Below are positions 1 through 9,064 of a DNA stretch of 64,000 nt, one piece after another. The translations under genes were made by a program, and so were the position numbers. Origin of the DNA: Myxococcota bacterium (GTDB taxonomy: Bacteria > Myxococcota_A > UBA9160 > JAFDDA01); NCBI GenBank assembly GCA_965228475.1, contig OZ245817.1, forward strand, positions 3,520,001 to 3,584,000. The letters are read 5' to 3'. The stretch's first letter is position 1. Every line of letters begins with the position of its first letter. The notes below the pieces were generated by a model that saw only the letters and a list, made by a program, of their open reading frames with translations, searched no databases and was not told the origin of the DNA.

Positions 1-1166
1 TCGCCGCTGCGCTCACGAGGCTCCTCGGGGCCCGGGTCGAAGCCTTCGACGGCGCGCCGCGGGATCTTCATCCCGATCATGCGCTCCGTCGCTCGGACCC
101 AGCCGCGATCCTCCCCGGTCACGAAGGTGCAGGCGACGCCCTCGTTCTCGGAGCGGCCGGTCCGCCCGATCCGGTGCGTGTAGGCCTCGGGCGTGTTCGG
201 CACGTCGAAGTTGATGACGTGGGAAACGCCGCGCACGTCGATGCCGCGGGCCGCGATGTCCGTCGCCACGAGCACGTGGTAGCGCCGCGAGCGGAAGCCG
301 CTCATGGCCCGGTCGCGCTGGGCCTGGGACATGTTGCCCTGCAGCCCGACGGCGCGGTGTCCGGCCTTGTTCAGCTGGTCCGCCAGGCGCTTCGCGCGAT
401 GCTTCGTCCGCGTGAAGACGATCGCGGAATCGCAGCCGTCCTCGCCCAGCAGCTGCTCGAGCAGGTCTCGCTTGCGGCCCTCCGCCACCGGAAAGAGCGC
501 GTGATCGATGGTCGACGCCGGCGCCGTGTGCGCGAGTTCGACGACGTGCGGGTCGTCGAGCAGGTCGTCCGCGAGCCGGCGCACCTCCTTCGGCATCGTC
601 GCCGAGAAGAGCAGGTTCTGCCGATCGTCCGGAAGCGCCGCGAGGATCCGGCGAACGTCGGGCAGAAAGCCCATGTCGAACATGTGGTCGGCCTCGTCGA
701 GCACGAGCGTCTCGACGCCGTCGAGCCGCAGCAGGCGCTGGCCGAGCAGGTCGAGGACACGCCCCGGGCAACCGACCACGATCTCCGGCCGCGAGCGCAG
801 GGCGTTGGCCTGGTTCCGCACGGAGACGCCGCCGAAGACGGTCGCCACCTTGAGGCGCGTGTACTTGGCGAGGGTCCGCATCTCGGCCGCGATCTGCGTC
901 GCGAGCTCACGGGTCGGCGCGAGGACGAGGGCGCGCGGGCCCCGCCGACGATCGCGCTGGAGCCGGTCGAGGATCGGGAGCGCGAAGGCCGCCGTCTTCC
1001 CGGTGCCCGTCTGGGCGAGCCCGAGGACGTCGCAGCCGTCGAGGCTCGCGGGGATCGTCTCGGCTTGGATGGGCCGCGGCGTTTCGAAGCCAGCGGCGTG
1101 CAGGCCGCGCTCGAGGGTCTCGTCGAGGCCGAAACCTTCGAAAGCGGTGGAATCATCGAATGACAT
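1..1166 (-). CDS. rhlE: DEAD-box ATP-dependent RNA helicase (RhlE-like); 3' end runs off the window
   Basis: Translated by hand from ATG at 1166: MSFDDSTAFEGFGLD..PRPIQ (Q motif), AQTGTGKT (motif I), VLDEADHMFDMGF (DEAD), FSAT, HRIGRTGR (motif VI). Absent from the ORF track because no stop lies in the window. Confidence 0.93.
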   Translation of the reverse strand, partial: MSFDDSTAFEGFGLDETLERGLHAAGFETPRPIQAETIPASLDGCDVLGLAQTGTGKTAAFALPILDRLQRDRRRGPRALVLAPTRELATQIAAEMRTLAKYTRLKVATVFGGVSVRNQANALRSRPEIVVGCPGRVLDLLGQRLLRLDGVETLVLDEADHMFDMGFLPDVRRILAALPDDRQNLLFSATMPKEVRRLADDLLDDPHVVELAHTAPASTIDHALFPVAEGRKRDLLEQLLGEDGCDSAIVFTRTKHRAKRLADQLNKAGHRAVGLQGNMSQAQRDRAMSGFRSRRYHVLVATDIAARGIDVRGVSHVINFDVPNTPEAYTHRIGRTGRSENEGVACTFVTGEDRGWVRATERMIGMKIPRRAVEGFDPGPEEPRERSG

Positions 1167-1462
1167 GAAAATGTGGATCTCCGCCCGACGCGCAGCGCGT
1201 GCAGAAGCTGCACGGGTTCACTGCACGGCCGGGCCGTACGTTTCCGACCCAGACAACAGCAAAGGGCAAGAGAGGTGGTTGGCGGCGCGACCTCTCGAGG
1301 GGTTGAGGTCCTGTTGTTCACCGCGTGGGGCTGACGCCCGATGGGAGGTGGTTAGCTCTTCCCGGTTTCGGCCGCCACCCGGCGCTTCTTGAGCGACGCC
1401 GACAAGGCCCCCCGGCCGGGCCCCCGAACGCAGTGGAAACGTGAGGCTTTCCGGTCCGCAGG

Positions 1463-4039
1463 CTAGAAGCGGGAAGCCTTCAGCTTGACGTCCGCCGCCT
1501 CCCAGGCCTTCGCGAAGCGGCGCTCGATGCCCTCGGCCTGGTCGTTCTTGCCCTGGGCCCGCATCGCCTGGGCCAGCCCGAACAGCGACCAGCCGTTCTC
1601 CGGGTTCTTCCGAAGATCCTGCCAGTAGACGGCCTCGGCCTCGTCGGCCCGGCCCGCCTTCAACAGGACGGCGCCGAGCGACTGGCGGACCGGGTAGAAC
1701 CAGTCCGGCGGCTCGGTGTAGTTGAGCTGGTCCTGGAGCAACACCGCACGGTGCAGGCTCGCGAGGGCGTCGCCAAAGCGCCCCTCTTCGGCGGCGATCT
1801 CCCCGAAGAGGATCGCGCTCGCCAGGCCGAGCAGCTGCTGGGCGTCGTTCGCTCCGACGATGCGATCCTTCAGGGCCGGCGAGCGCTGGAGCTTCGCCAG
1901 CGACGCGAACTCGAGGTTCGCAGCGTCGTAGTTCCCGAGCCGGGCGTAGGCCAGGCCCCGGGCGTAGTGGTGGATGCCCCAGGCGAAGGTCAGATCCCCC
2001 GGCGGCGGCGGCTCCGCGAGGACCTCCTGCCAGCGGCCGAAGCGGACCAGGGCGAAGTACGACGTCACCGGGAAGACCTGCGCGAACTCGGGCAGGTCCC
2101 GGATGTGCTCGATCGTCTTCTCGATCACCTTGCGCGAGGCGCGGATCGAGTCCTCGCTGCGGCCCTGGAGGCTCGTCGTCCACCAGTAGAAGTGGAGATT
2201 GTGCGGGTAGTAGGCCAGCGGGTAGATGCCCTGGGCCCGACACGTCGTGATGTACTCCTCGTCGGCCTGGATCGCCTTCTCGTTGGCGAGGGTCGCATCC
2301 GCATAGCGGCCGATGCGCGCGTAGATGTGAGAGGGCATGTGCTGGAGGTGGCCGGCGCCGGGTGCCGCATCGACCAGATCGTCCGCCGCGGCCTCGCCGA
2401 GCTCCGGGTGCGCGTACTCGGTGGTGTGGATGTAGAGGTGGTTCGCGCCCGGATGGCCCGGGTTGACGGCGCGCACGCCCTCGAGGACGCGAAGGATCGT
2501 CTTGGTGCGGTCGTAGGGCTTGAAGTCGGCCGTCCAGTAGTCCCAGGGCGAGAGGTTCATCAGGGATTCGGCGTAGAGCGTCGCGGCGTCCTGGTCCTTC
2601 GGGTCGGCCTCGTGGAGCTTGCCCATCGCCTCGGCATAGGCGGCGTCCAGGGCCGCGCGGTCCGGGTTGGCCTTGCCTGTGTAGCGGGCCGAGAGCGCCT
2701 TCACGTAGGCGCGCTCGCGCGCGCTTCCGTTCTTTGCGCGCTTGCGCGCCTCTTCGACGAGGGCGTGGGCGCGCGCTTCGTTGTCCGGGTCCATCGGTGC
2801 GTTGATGTTGGGACCGAGCACGAGCGCCTGGCCCCAGTAGCCCATGGGCGAATCGGGATCGAGACGGCTCACCTCCTGGAAGGAGCGCATCGCCTCCTTG
2901 TGGTTGAAGCCGTAGGCGAGGATCAGGCCCTGATCGAAGAAGAGCTGGGCCCGGCGCGAATCCGTCTGGATCGGATGGCTGTGGCTGCCGAGCGTCTGCA
3001 GCCGCGGCGCGATCTGGCCTTCGATGACGGGCGAAGTGACGTCCTGCGCTCCGGGCGCCGCACCGACCGGGGGTGCGGCTGCGGCGAGCGCAGCGAGACG
3101 GGCGGCTTCCTCCGCGGCGGCCTGCTCCGCAGCGAGGCGAGCAGCTTCCTCCGCGGCGGCCTGCTCCACTGCGAGACGGGCGGCCTGTTCCGCAGCGAGG
3201 CGCGCGGCTTCTTCCGCAGCGGCCTGCTCCGCAGCGAGGCGCGCGGCTACTTCCGCGGCGGCCTGCTCCGCAGCGAGACGTGCGGCTTCTTCCGCAGCGG
3301 CCTGTTCCGCTGCGAGGCGCGCGGCTTCCTCCGCGGCGGCCTGCTCGGCAGCGAGACGCGCAGCTTCTTCCGCGGCAGCCTGCTCCGCAGCGAGGCGGGC
3401 AGCTTCCTCCGCGGCAGCCTGCTCCGCAGCGAGACGGGCAGCTTCCTCCGCGGCAGCCTGCTCCGCAGCGAGACGTGCGGCTTCTTCCGCAGCAGCCTGC
3501 TCCGCCGCGAGACGCGCAGCTTCCTCCGCGGCGGCCTGCTCCGCAGCGAGGCGGGCAGCTTCCTCCGCGGCAGCCTGCTCCGCAGCGAGACGTGCGGCTT
3601 CCTCCGCGGCAGCCTGCTCCGCAGCGAGACGTGCGGCTTCTTCCGCAGCAGCCTGCTCCGCCGCGAGACGGGCAGCCTCCTCCGCAGCAGCCTGCTCCGC
3701 AGCGAGACGTGCGGCTTCTTCCGCAGCAGCCTGCTCCGCAGCGAGACGGGCAGCCTCCTCCGCAGCGGCCTGCTCCGCAGCCCTCCGTGCGGCTTCTTCC
3801 CGGGCGGCCAGCTCCTCGGCCATGCGAGCGGTCTCTTCCGCGGCGGCCCGTTCGGCGGCCAGGCGCGAAGCCTCTTCCGCGGCCTGACGGGAGCGCTCGG
3901 CCGGAGGACGCTCGGCCAGCGGCGGCCCCGGGATCGCCGGGAAGGGCCGCGGCAGCGGGGCGTCCAGGATGTCGTCCGCGCAACCCTGCACGAACGTGGC
4001 GGTAAGAAGGATGGCCAGGGCCATCGACGGCGAACGCAT
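1463..4039 (-). CDS. Lipoprotein with a long Ala/Glu-rich helical repeat stalk and a C-terminal TPR-like domain
   Basis: GGAGG RBS before ATG 4039; signal peptide MRSPSMALAILLTATFVQG-C (lipobox). It is followed by (EEAARLAAEQAAA)n and a ~540-aa helical domain with FFDQGLILAYGFNH, HPGANHLYIH and GHLQHMPSHIY. This is the C-terminal part of ORF-track 1463..7030. Confidence 0.88.
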   Translation of the reverse strand: MRSPSMALAILLTATFVQGCADDILDAPLPRPFPAIPGPPLAERPPAERSRQAAEEASRLAAERAAAEETARMAEELAAREEAARRAAEQAAAEEAARLAAEQAAAEEAARLAAEQAAAEEAARLAAEQAAAEEAARLAAEQAAAEEAARLAAEQAAAEEAARLAAEQAAAEEAARLAAEQAAAEEAARLAAEQAAAEEAARLAAEQAAAEEAARLAAEQAAAEEAARLAAEQAAAEEAARLAAEQAAAEEAARLAAEQAAAEVAARLAAEQAAAEEAARLAAEQAARLAVEQAAAEEAARLAAEQAAAEEAARLAALAAAAPPVGAAPGAQDVTSPVIEGQIAPRLQTLGSHSHPIQTDSRRAQLFFDQGLILAYGFNHKEAMRSFQEVSRLDPDSPMGYWGQALVLGPNINAPMDPDNEARAHALVEEARKRAKNGSARERAYVKALSARYTGKANPDRAALDAAYAEAMGKLHEADPKDQDAATLYAESLMNLSPWDYWTADFKPYDRTKTILRVLEGVRAVNPGHPGANHLYIHTTEYAHPELGEAAADDLVDAAPGAGHLQHMPSHIYARIGRYADATLANEKAIQADEEYITTCRAQGIYPLAYYPHNLHFYWWTTSLQGRSEDSIRASRKVIEKTIEHIRDLPEFAQVFPVTSYFALVRFGRWQEVLAEPPPPGDLTFAWGIHHYARGLAYARLGNYDAANLEFASLAKLQRSPALKDRIVGANDAQQLLGLASAILFGEIAAEEGRFGDALASLHRAVLLQDQLNYTEPPDWFYPVRQSLGAVLLKAGRADEAEAVYWQDLRKNPENGWSLFGLAQAMRAQGKNDQAEGIERRFAKAWEAADVKLKASRF
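3088..3799 (-). repeat. Intragenic 39-bp tandem repeat, ~18 copies, encoding EEAARLAAEQAAA
   Basis: Directly visible periodicity. Units differ mostly at synonymous positions; one unit is shortened and two carry Val substitutions. Confidence 0.95.
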
Positions 4040-4125
4040 GCGAAACCTCCGGGCGGCCAGTCTAGAACGGATGGGCCCCCGGAGTCGAACGGCGTTGCGT
4101 GGGATTGCGGCCGCGCTGCCGGTCT

Positions 4126-5592
4126 TTAGCGTGCGAGTTTCAGGTTGGTGTAGCGGGGGTCGTCGGTGACCTCCCGCTCGACCGCCGGAGCCAGCCAATC
4201 CGGCAACGCGGCCTCCTGGTCCACGGAGCGCAGCTCGACCTCCGCCAGCCAGAGCGGCCGATCGAGGAACTCGTCGATCTCCCAGACGAGGTCGCCGTCG
4301 GGCACGATGTGCCGCCGCTTGTGGATCCGGCAGCCCTCGGTCAGCGGCCAGAGCGTGTCGAAGACGCGCTCGGTGGTCGCCTCTTCGATCTCGATGCGCT
4401 CGATCCCGGCGCCCAGCTTGAGGGTCCGCACGAAGCGCGCTCCCGAAGGGCCCTCGGTGCGCCGCAGCCGTTCCCGGATGCGGTCGCCCGGCAGCCAGCC
4501 CTGGCGGATCTCGACGGTCTCCCGCAGCGCGGCCACCGGCGAGAAATCGACGGCGCCCCGAAGCAGGTATTTCCGCTCGATCTCGACGGGCGGACGCGCC
4601 GCCGCTTCGAGCTGGCTGGCGAACTCCTCGACGTCCTCGAGCAGCGCGGCCATGCCCCCGGCGAACCACTCCTCCTCGAGGCGACGGAAGTGAGCGTCCA
4701 TGCGCGCCTGCGCTCGGCGCGTCAGTTCGAGGAGCCCGGACCGCTCGCTCCGGCGTGCCTCGCGCCGCAGCGATTCTTCCTGGGCGCCGCGGGCGAGTTC
4801 GTGCAGCTGCCGGGCGCGCTCGGCCGCCGCGAGCTCGAGCGCGCCCCCGAGCTCTTCGCGCTGGACGTGGGCATCGTTGAGGTCGCCGAGCACGTCCTGG
4901 AGCCGCTTGCACCGCTTCACCAACGCGCGCGCCCCGGGGACGTAGTCCCGCGCCGGCTCGACGAGGTAGCGAAGGCGCTTCCCGGCGACCCGAGCGTCGT
5001 GGCAGCGCTGCATGTCGTCGATGCCCTGGATCCGCGAGAGGCCGGCGATCAGCTCCGCGGCGCTCCTCCGGGTCTCGGCCGCGAGTGCCTCGCCGAACAC
5101 CGGGCCCGCCTCGGGCTTCCCGAGGTGTTTGCGGACCGTGACCCGCTCGAGGCGCGGCACGAGCTCGGTGCGCAGCGCCTCGAAGCCTTCGCGGACGCCG
5201 CTGCGCGCGTGGGCGAGGCCCTCGGCCTTGCGCGCTTCGAGGCGGGCGACCCACCAGTCGTGACCCAGCCGGTGCGCGGGACTCAGACCCGGGCGTTCGC
5301 TCGCCAGCCACTCGAGGGCCACCTCGGCATCCCGGCCTCCGCCCGTCGAACGCTGGAGCGAAGCCAGCGCCCGCCGGTCCCGCTTGCGCACGCTCTTGCC
5401 GAGCGGCTTGCGCCAGGCCCGCAGCGCGCTGCGCGTGCGGCGCAGGGCCACACGGAAGTCGTGAAGGGCTTCGCTCTGGTTCGGGTCGTCGAGATCCTCG
5501 CCGCTCCGGGAAGCGTCCTCGAGCAGGGAGAGCACGACGAGGCGAGCCCCTTCCTCGGGCGATCGGACCAGCAAATCGGCGGGCAGGGCCAA
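4126..5592 (-). CDS. CHAD-domain + CYTH-domain fusion protein (polyphosphate-associated)
   Basis: CHAD motifs LHDFRVALRRTRS, HDARVAGKRLRY and LQDVLGDLND; CYTH motifs EIERKYL and WEIDEF..LAEVEL. Start set at TTG 5592 after GAGGAG (ORF track extends to 5694). Confidence 0.9.
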   Translation of the reverse strand: MALPADLLVRSPEEGARLVVLSLLEDASRSGEDLDDPNQSEALHDFRVALRRTRSALRAWRKPLGKSVRKRDRRALASLQRSTGGGRDAEVALEWLASERPGLSPAHRLGHDWWVARLEARKAEGLAHARSGVREGFEALRTELVPRLERVTVRKHLGKPEAGPVFGEALAAETRRSAAELIAGLSRIQGIDDMQRCHDARVAGKRLRYLVEPARDYVPGARALVKRCKRLQDVLGDLNDAHVQREELGGALELAAAERARQLHELARGAQEESLRREARRSERSGLLELTRRAQARMDAHFRRLEEEWFAGGMAALLEDVEEFASQLEAAARPPVEIERKYLLRGAVDFSPVAALRETVEIRQGWLPGDRIRERLRRTEGPSGARFVRTLKLGAGIERIEIEEATTERVFDTLWPLTEGCRIHKRRHIVPDGDLVWEIDEFLDRPLWLAEVELRSVDQEAALPDWLAPAVEREVTDDPRYTNLKLAR

Positions 5593-5758
5593 GGCGGTGG
5601 TTGCTCCTCGTGTCGGGTGAACCGGAAAGGTAGGGACGCGAGCCCGGTCGGGCCAGCCGCGCCGCCGGCCCCGCGTCGAACGAAGTTTCTTCACCCAGGA
5701 ACCCGGCGACCCGATGCGGAGGGTTGCTAGCTTCGGGTCGCGTTCGCGGAGTGGACAC

Positions 5759-7180
5759 GTGAAGATCTACCTCGTCCGACATGCCAAGTCCGAGAAGCGA
5801 AACGGCTGGGACGGGCCGCTTCCGCTGCGGCCGCTCACGCCGCTCGGGCTCGAGCAGGCGCGCGCCCTCGCAGAGGAGCTCGCTGCGGATCACATCCCGC
5901 GCGTGCTCACCAGCCCCCACCTCCGCTGCCGGCAGACGATCGAACCCCTCGCCCAGCTCTGGGACAGCGGCGTCCAGCTCGATGAGCGCCTCGCGGAAGG
6001 AACGTCCCCGGCGAAGTCCCTCACGCTGCTCGACGAACTCGACGATCGCCCTGCCCTCATCTGCACCCACGGCGACGTGATCCAGAGCTGGATGGCCGAG
6101 CTGGAAGAGCGCGGGGCGACCCTCGACGGACCCTTCCGCTCCGAGAAGGCCTCCGTCTGGATCGTCGAGCAGGGCGAAGCGGGTGCGATCACCGCTCGCT
6201 ACCGGCCGGCGCCGGACATCAGCCAGGTCCTGGACGAACTTCCGGGCGAGTGCCTCGGCGTGCTCGACATGGGCAGCACTTCCTTCCGTGTGCTCGCGGC
6301 CGACATGACGCGTGCCGGCCGCATCCGCCCGATGGCCTCGGAGAAGCGCATGCTCCGGCTGGGCGCTGCCGTCGCCCGCTACGGCGAGATCCCCCAGGAG
6401 ATGGCGGACCGCACCGTCGAAGCCGCACGGGAGCTCGGCCTCGCGGCGAAGCAGGCCGGCGTGGAGCGCCTGTTCCCCGTCGGCACCGCCGCCCTGCGCG
6501 ACGCCGGCAACGGACGCTGGCTCGCCGAGCGCATCGGTCTCGCCCTCGGCCTGCCCGTGCGCGTGCTCGAGGGGGAGGAAGAAGGCCGCCTCGCCTTCGC
6601 GGCCTTCCGCCGCCGCGTCCTCATGCCGCCGGGAATCACGCTCGGCGCGGACCTCGGCGGCGGCAGCTTCCAGATCACCCTCGGCGACGAGAACGGCCCG
6701 GTGTGGTCGACGAGCTTCCCGATCGGGGTGACCCGACTCCAGCGCGAGTTCGTCGAGGGCGACCCGGTCCCCTCCGAGGCCGTGGTGGGCATCCGCGCGC
6801 GCGTCCGCGAAGCGCTCGAGCGCGCGAAGCCTCCGACCGCCTGGCCGCGCGATTGCGTCCTCGGCGGCGGCACCGCGCGCGCCATCGGCAAGCTCGCGCT
6901 CGCCCGGCGGGGCAAGCGGGCCGGAAGCACGGTGAACGGGCTCGTCCTCTCGGCGACGAGCCTGGCCGGGATGGCGGACGACCTGCTGCACGCGAACCAG
7001 GCCGAGCGCCTCTCGATGGCGGGGATGCACAAGCAGCGGGTCGACCTGCTGCCCGTGGGCGCGCTGATCCTCTCGACCGCGGCCGAGACGCTCGGACTCG
7101 ACGGCTTCCGCATCTGCGACTGGGGCCTGCGCGAAGGCGTGCTCCTCAGCGTGCGCGACGGCCAGCTCCGCATCCCCTAG
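5759..7180 (+). CDS. SixA-like histidine phosphatase fused to a Ppx/GppA-family phosphatase
   Basis: GTG start; KIYLVRHA, SPHLRCRQT and CTHGDVI (histidine phosphatase); LDMGSTS, GTAALRDA, EEEG, DLGGGS and GLREG (Ppx/GppA ASKHA fold). Confidence 0.9.
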   Translation: MKIYLVRHAKSEKRNGWDGPLPLRPLTPLGLEQARALAEELAADHIPRVLTSPHLRCRQTIEPLAQLWDSGVQLDERLAEGTSPAKSLTLLDELDDRPALICTHGDVIQSWMAELEERGATLDGPFRSEKASVWIVEQGEAGAITARYRPAPDISQVLDELPGECLGVLDMGSTSFRVLAADMTRAGRIRPMASEKRMLRLGAAVARYGEIPQEMADRTVEAARELGLAAKQAGVERLFPVGTAALRDAGNGRWLAERIGLALGLPVRVLEGEEEGRLAFAAFRRRVLMPPGITLGADLGGGSFQITLGDENGPVWSTSFPIGVTRLQREFVEGDPVPSEAVVGIRARVREALERAKPPTAWPRDCVLGGGTARAIGKLALARRGKRAGSTVNGLVLSATSLAGMADDLLHANQAERLSMAGMHKQRVDLLPVGALILSTAAETLGLDGFRICDWGLREGVLLSVRDGQLRIP

Positions 7181-7195
7181 CGGAGGGGCGCCGGC

Positions 7196-7990
7196 CTACC
7201 AGGAAAGATCGAGGGTCTTGCGCATGACCGCCTCGAACTCGGCGTCGCCGAGCTTGGCGCGCGTGGCGAGCGTCGCCTCGGCATCGCTTCCGACCGGGAT
7301 GCGCAGGCGGTCGTCCTTGCCTTCGATGGAGTTCGCGATGGCCTCGCCCACGGCCTCCGGCCCGGGCCGCGGCCCGCCGAGGAGCTTGCCGTCGGTGCCG
7401 GACCAGAGCTCGTGCAGCTCGTCGTAGGGCGCTTCCTCGACGCCGTAGACCACGTTCTTGCCGCGCATCGCCGTATCGAAGTAGCCGGGCTCGACGAGCG
7501 CTGCGCGGATGCCGAAGTGTCCGACCTCGAGCTTCAGGGTCTCGGTGAGCGCCTCGAGGGCGAACTTCGAGGCGCTGTAGAACGCGCCGAGCGGCGTCCC
7601 CACGCGGCCCGAGACCGAGGAGACGTTGACGATCACGCCGCGGCCGCGTTCCCGCATGCCCGGGAGAACGGCCTGGGTCGTGCGCACGACGCCCCAGAAG
7701 TTCGTCTCGAACAGATCCCGGGCCGCTGCCTCGGGGACCTTCTCGACGGGGCCGCCCGCGTTGTTGCGGCCCGCGTTGTTCACGAGGCCGTCGAGCTCCC
7801 CGGCGGCGGCAAAGGCCGCGGCGACCGAGGCTTCGTCGTCGACGTCGAGGGCCAGGCGTTCGGCGACGTCGAGATCCGCGAGGGTCTCCGGACGGCGCGC
7901 CGTCGCCACGACGTCGTGACCCCGCGCGCTCAAGATCTCCGCGGCCGAGCGGCCGATTCCCGTGGAACAACCCGTGATCAAGACGCGCAT
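7196..7990 (-). CDS. Short-chain dehydrogenase/reductase
   Basis: MRVLITGCSTGIG, NNAG, YSASK. Confidence 0.93.
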   Translation of the reverse strand: MRVLITGCSTGIGRSAAEILSARGHDVVATARRPETLADLDVAERLALDVDDEASVAAAFAAAGELDGLVNNAGRNNAGGPVEKVPEAAARDLFETNFWGVVRTTQAVLPGMRERGRGVIVNVSSVSGRVGTPLGAFYSASKFALEALTETLKLEVGHFGIRAALVEPGYFDTAMRGKNVVYGVEEAPYDELHELWSGTDGKLLGGPRPGPEAVGEAIANSIEGKDDRLRIPVGSDAEATLATRAKLGDAEFEAVMRKTLDLSW

Positions 7991-8018
7991 GGGACTCCTC
8001 GCTGCGAGTGTTGGCGAA

Positions 8019-8963
8019 CTAGAACGAAAACGCTCCGAAGAGCGATGGGCGCCGGATCTCCACCGTATGGCCGATGGCCTCCGCTGCCGCACGCGCGGCG
8101 TCTTCGAAAGCGGTGAGGTCTTCCTCGTAGCGCGGCGCATCGGCGTTCGGGTCCGCGAGCGGCACGAAGAAGTCGTCGAAGTGCTGGGGAACGATCACCC
8201 GCGGACGCAGGGCCTCGACCAGGCGCTCGGCGAAATCCTCCGGGCCGCCGACCACCGACGTCAGCAGCACGTCCACGGTGACGCCCTCGGCCTTCAGGGC
8301 CTCGAGCGCCGGCGCGTGGTAGCCGGCGCTCGAGAGCAGGAAGAGGCGAAGACCCGAGGGACGATGGGTCACGAGATACCCGCGGGCGTCGCCGAGCTTG
8401 AAGGAGAGCGAGTGGATCGGCCCATCGGGCGGCTCCTCGACCGTGCCGGGCAGAGGCGGCTCACCGAAGAAGATCTCCGCGTGGCGGGATTCGACGACGC
8501 GAACGTCGAAGGCTCCGTGGCTCACCGTATCTCCCGGATCCGCCCGGCGCAGCTGCTCGGCCGGGACGCCGTAGCCCTCGGAGATGGCCACGGTCGTGCC
8601 ACTCCCGACGACCGTCGCGCCCGTCCGCTGCGCGAACCACGGCGCGTCGCCGAGATGGTCGAAGTGGCTGTGTCCGATCAGGATGAGATCGGCCCGGGCG
8701 AGCTCCGGCGCCGGGCTCCCGGCGGCGACGAGCGGCTCGAGCACGCTGGCGTCGGGCACGTAGCGGCGGAAGATCGTCCGCAGCCAGCCGGGCCGCGAGA
8801 GGTACGGGTCGTGGAGGATCGTGTCCTCGCCGGCCTCGATCGAGAAGCCCGCGACACCGAGCCAGCGCACGCGGACCTCGGCGGCGGCCGGCCCGGCCGG
8901 GAACCCCATCGACGCAGCGGCCAGAAGCGACAGGCAGGCAACGAGCAGGGGGCGGGGTGACAT
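8019..8963 (-). CDS. Secreted MBL-fold metallo-hydrolase
   Basis: Signal peptide, GHSHFDHLGD motif, PQHFD. Confidence 0.88.
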   Translation of the reverse strand: MSPRPLLVACLSLLAAASMGFPAGPAAAEVRVRWLGVAGFSIEAGEDTILHDPYLSRPGWLRTIFRRYVPDASVLEPLVAAGSPAPELARADLILIGHSHFDHLGDAPWFAQRTGATVVGSGTTVAISEGYGVPAEQLRRADPGDTVSHGAFDVRVVESRHAEIFFGEPPLPGTVEEPPDGPIHSLSFKLGDARGYLVTHRPSGLRLFLLSSAGYHAPALEALKAEGVTVDVLLTSVVGGPEDFAERLVEALRPRVIVPQHFDDFFVPLADPNADAPRYEEDLTAFEDAARAAAEAIGHTVEIRRPSLFGAFSF

Positions 8964-9064
8964 CGCGCGGATGCTACCGGGCCCGATCGAGGCGCGGCAA
9001 CCGGCCCCTGGGAACCCGGCCGGCGTGATACCCTCCGGCCGGGTCGGGGATTCGGAGAACGCGC

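Noticed and set aside
3088..3799. 39-bp periodic array as a CRISPR array
   Set aside because: No unique spacers; the period is a multiple of 3, lies in frame inside a CDS with synonymous variation, and no cas genes are present.
1463..7030. 1855-aa ORF as one giant gene
   Set aside because: The upstream two-thirds is an off-frame or antisense shadow of CHAD-CYTH and SixA-Ppx; a clear RBS and signal peptide start at 4039.
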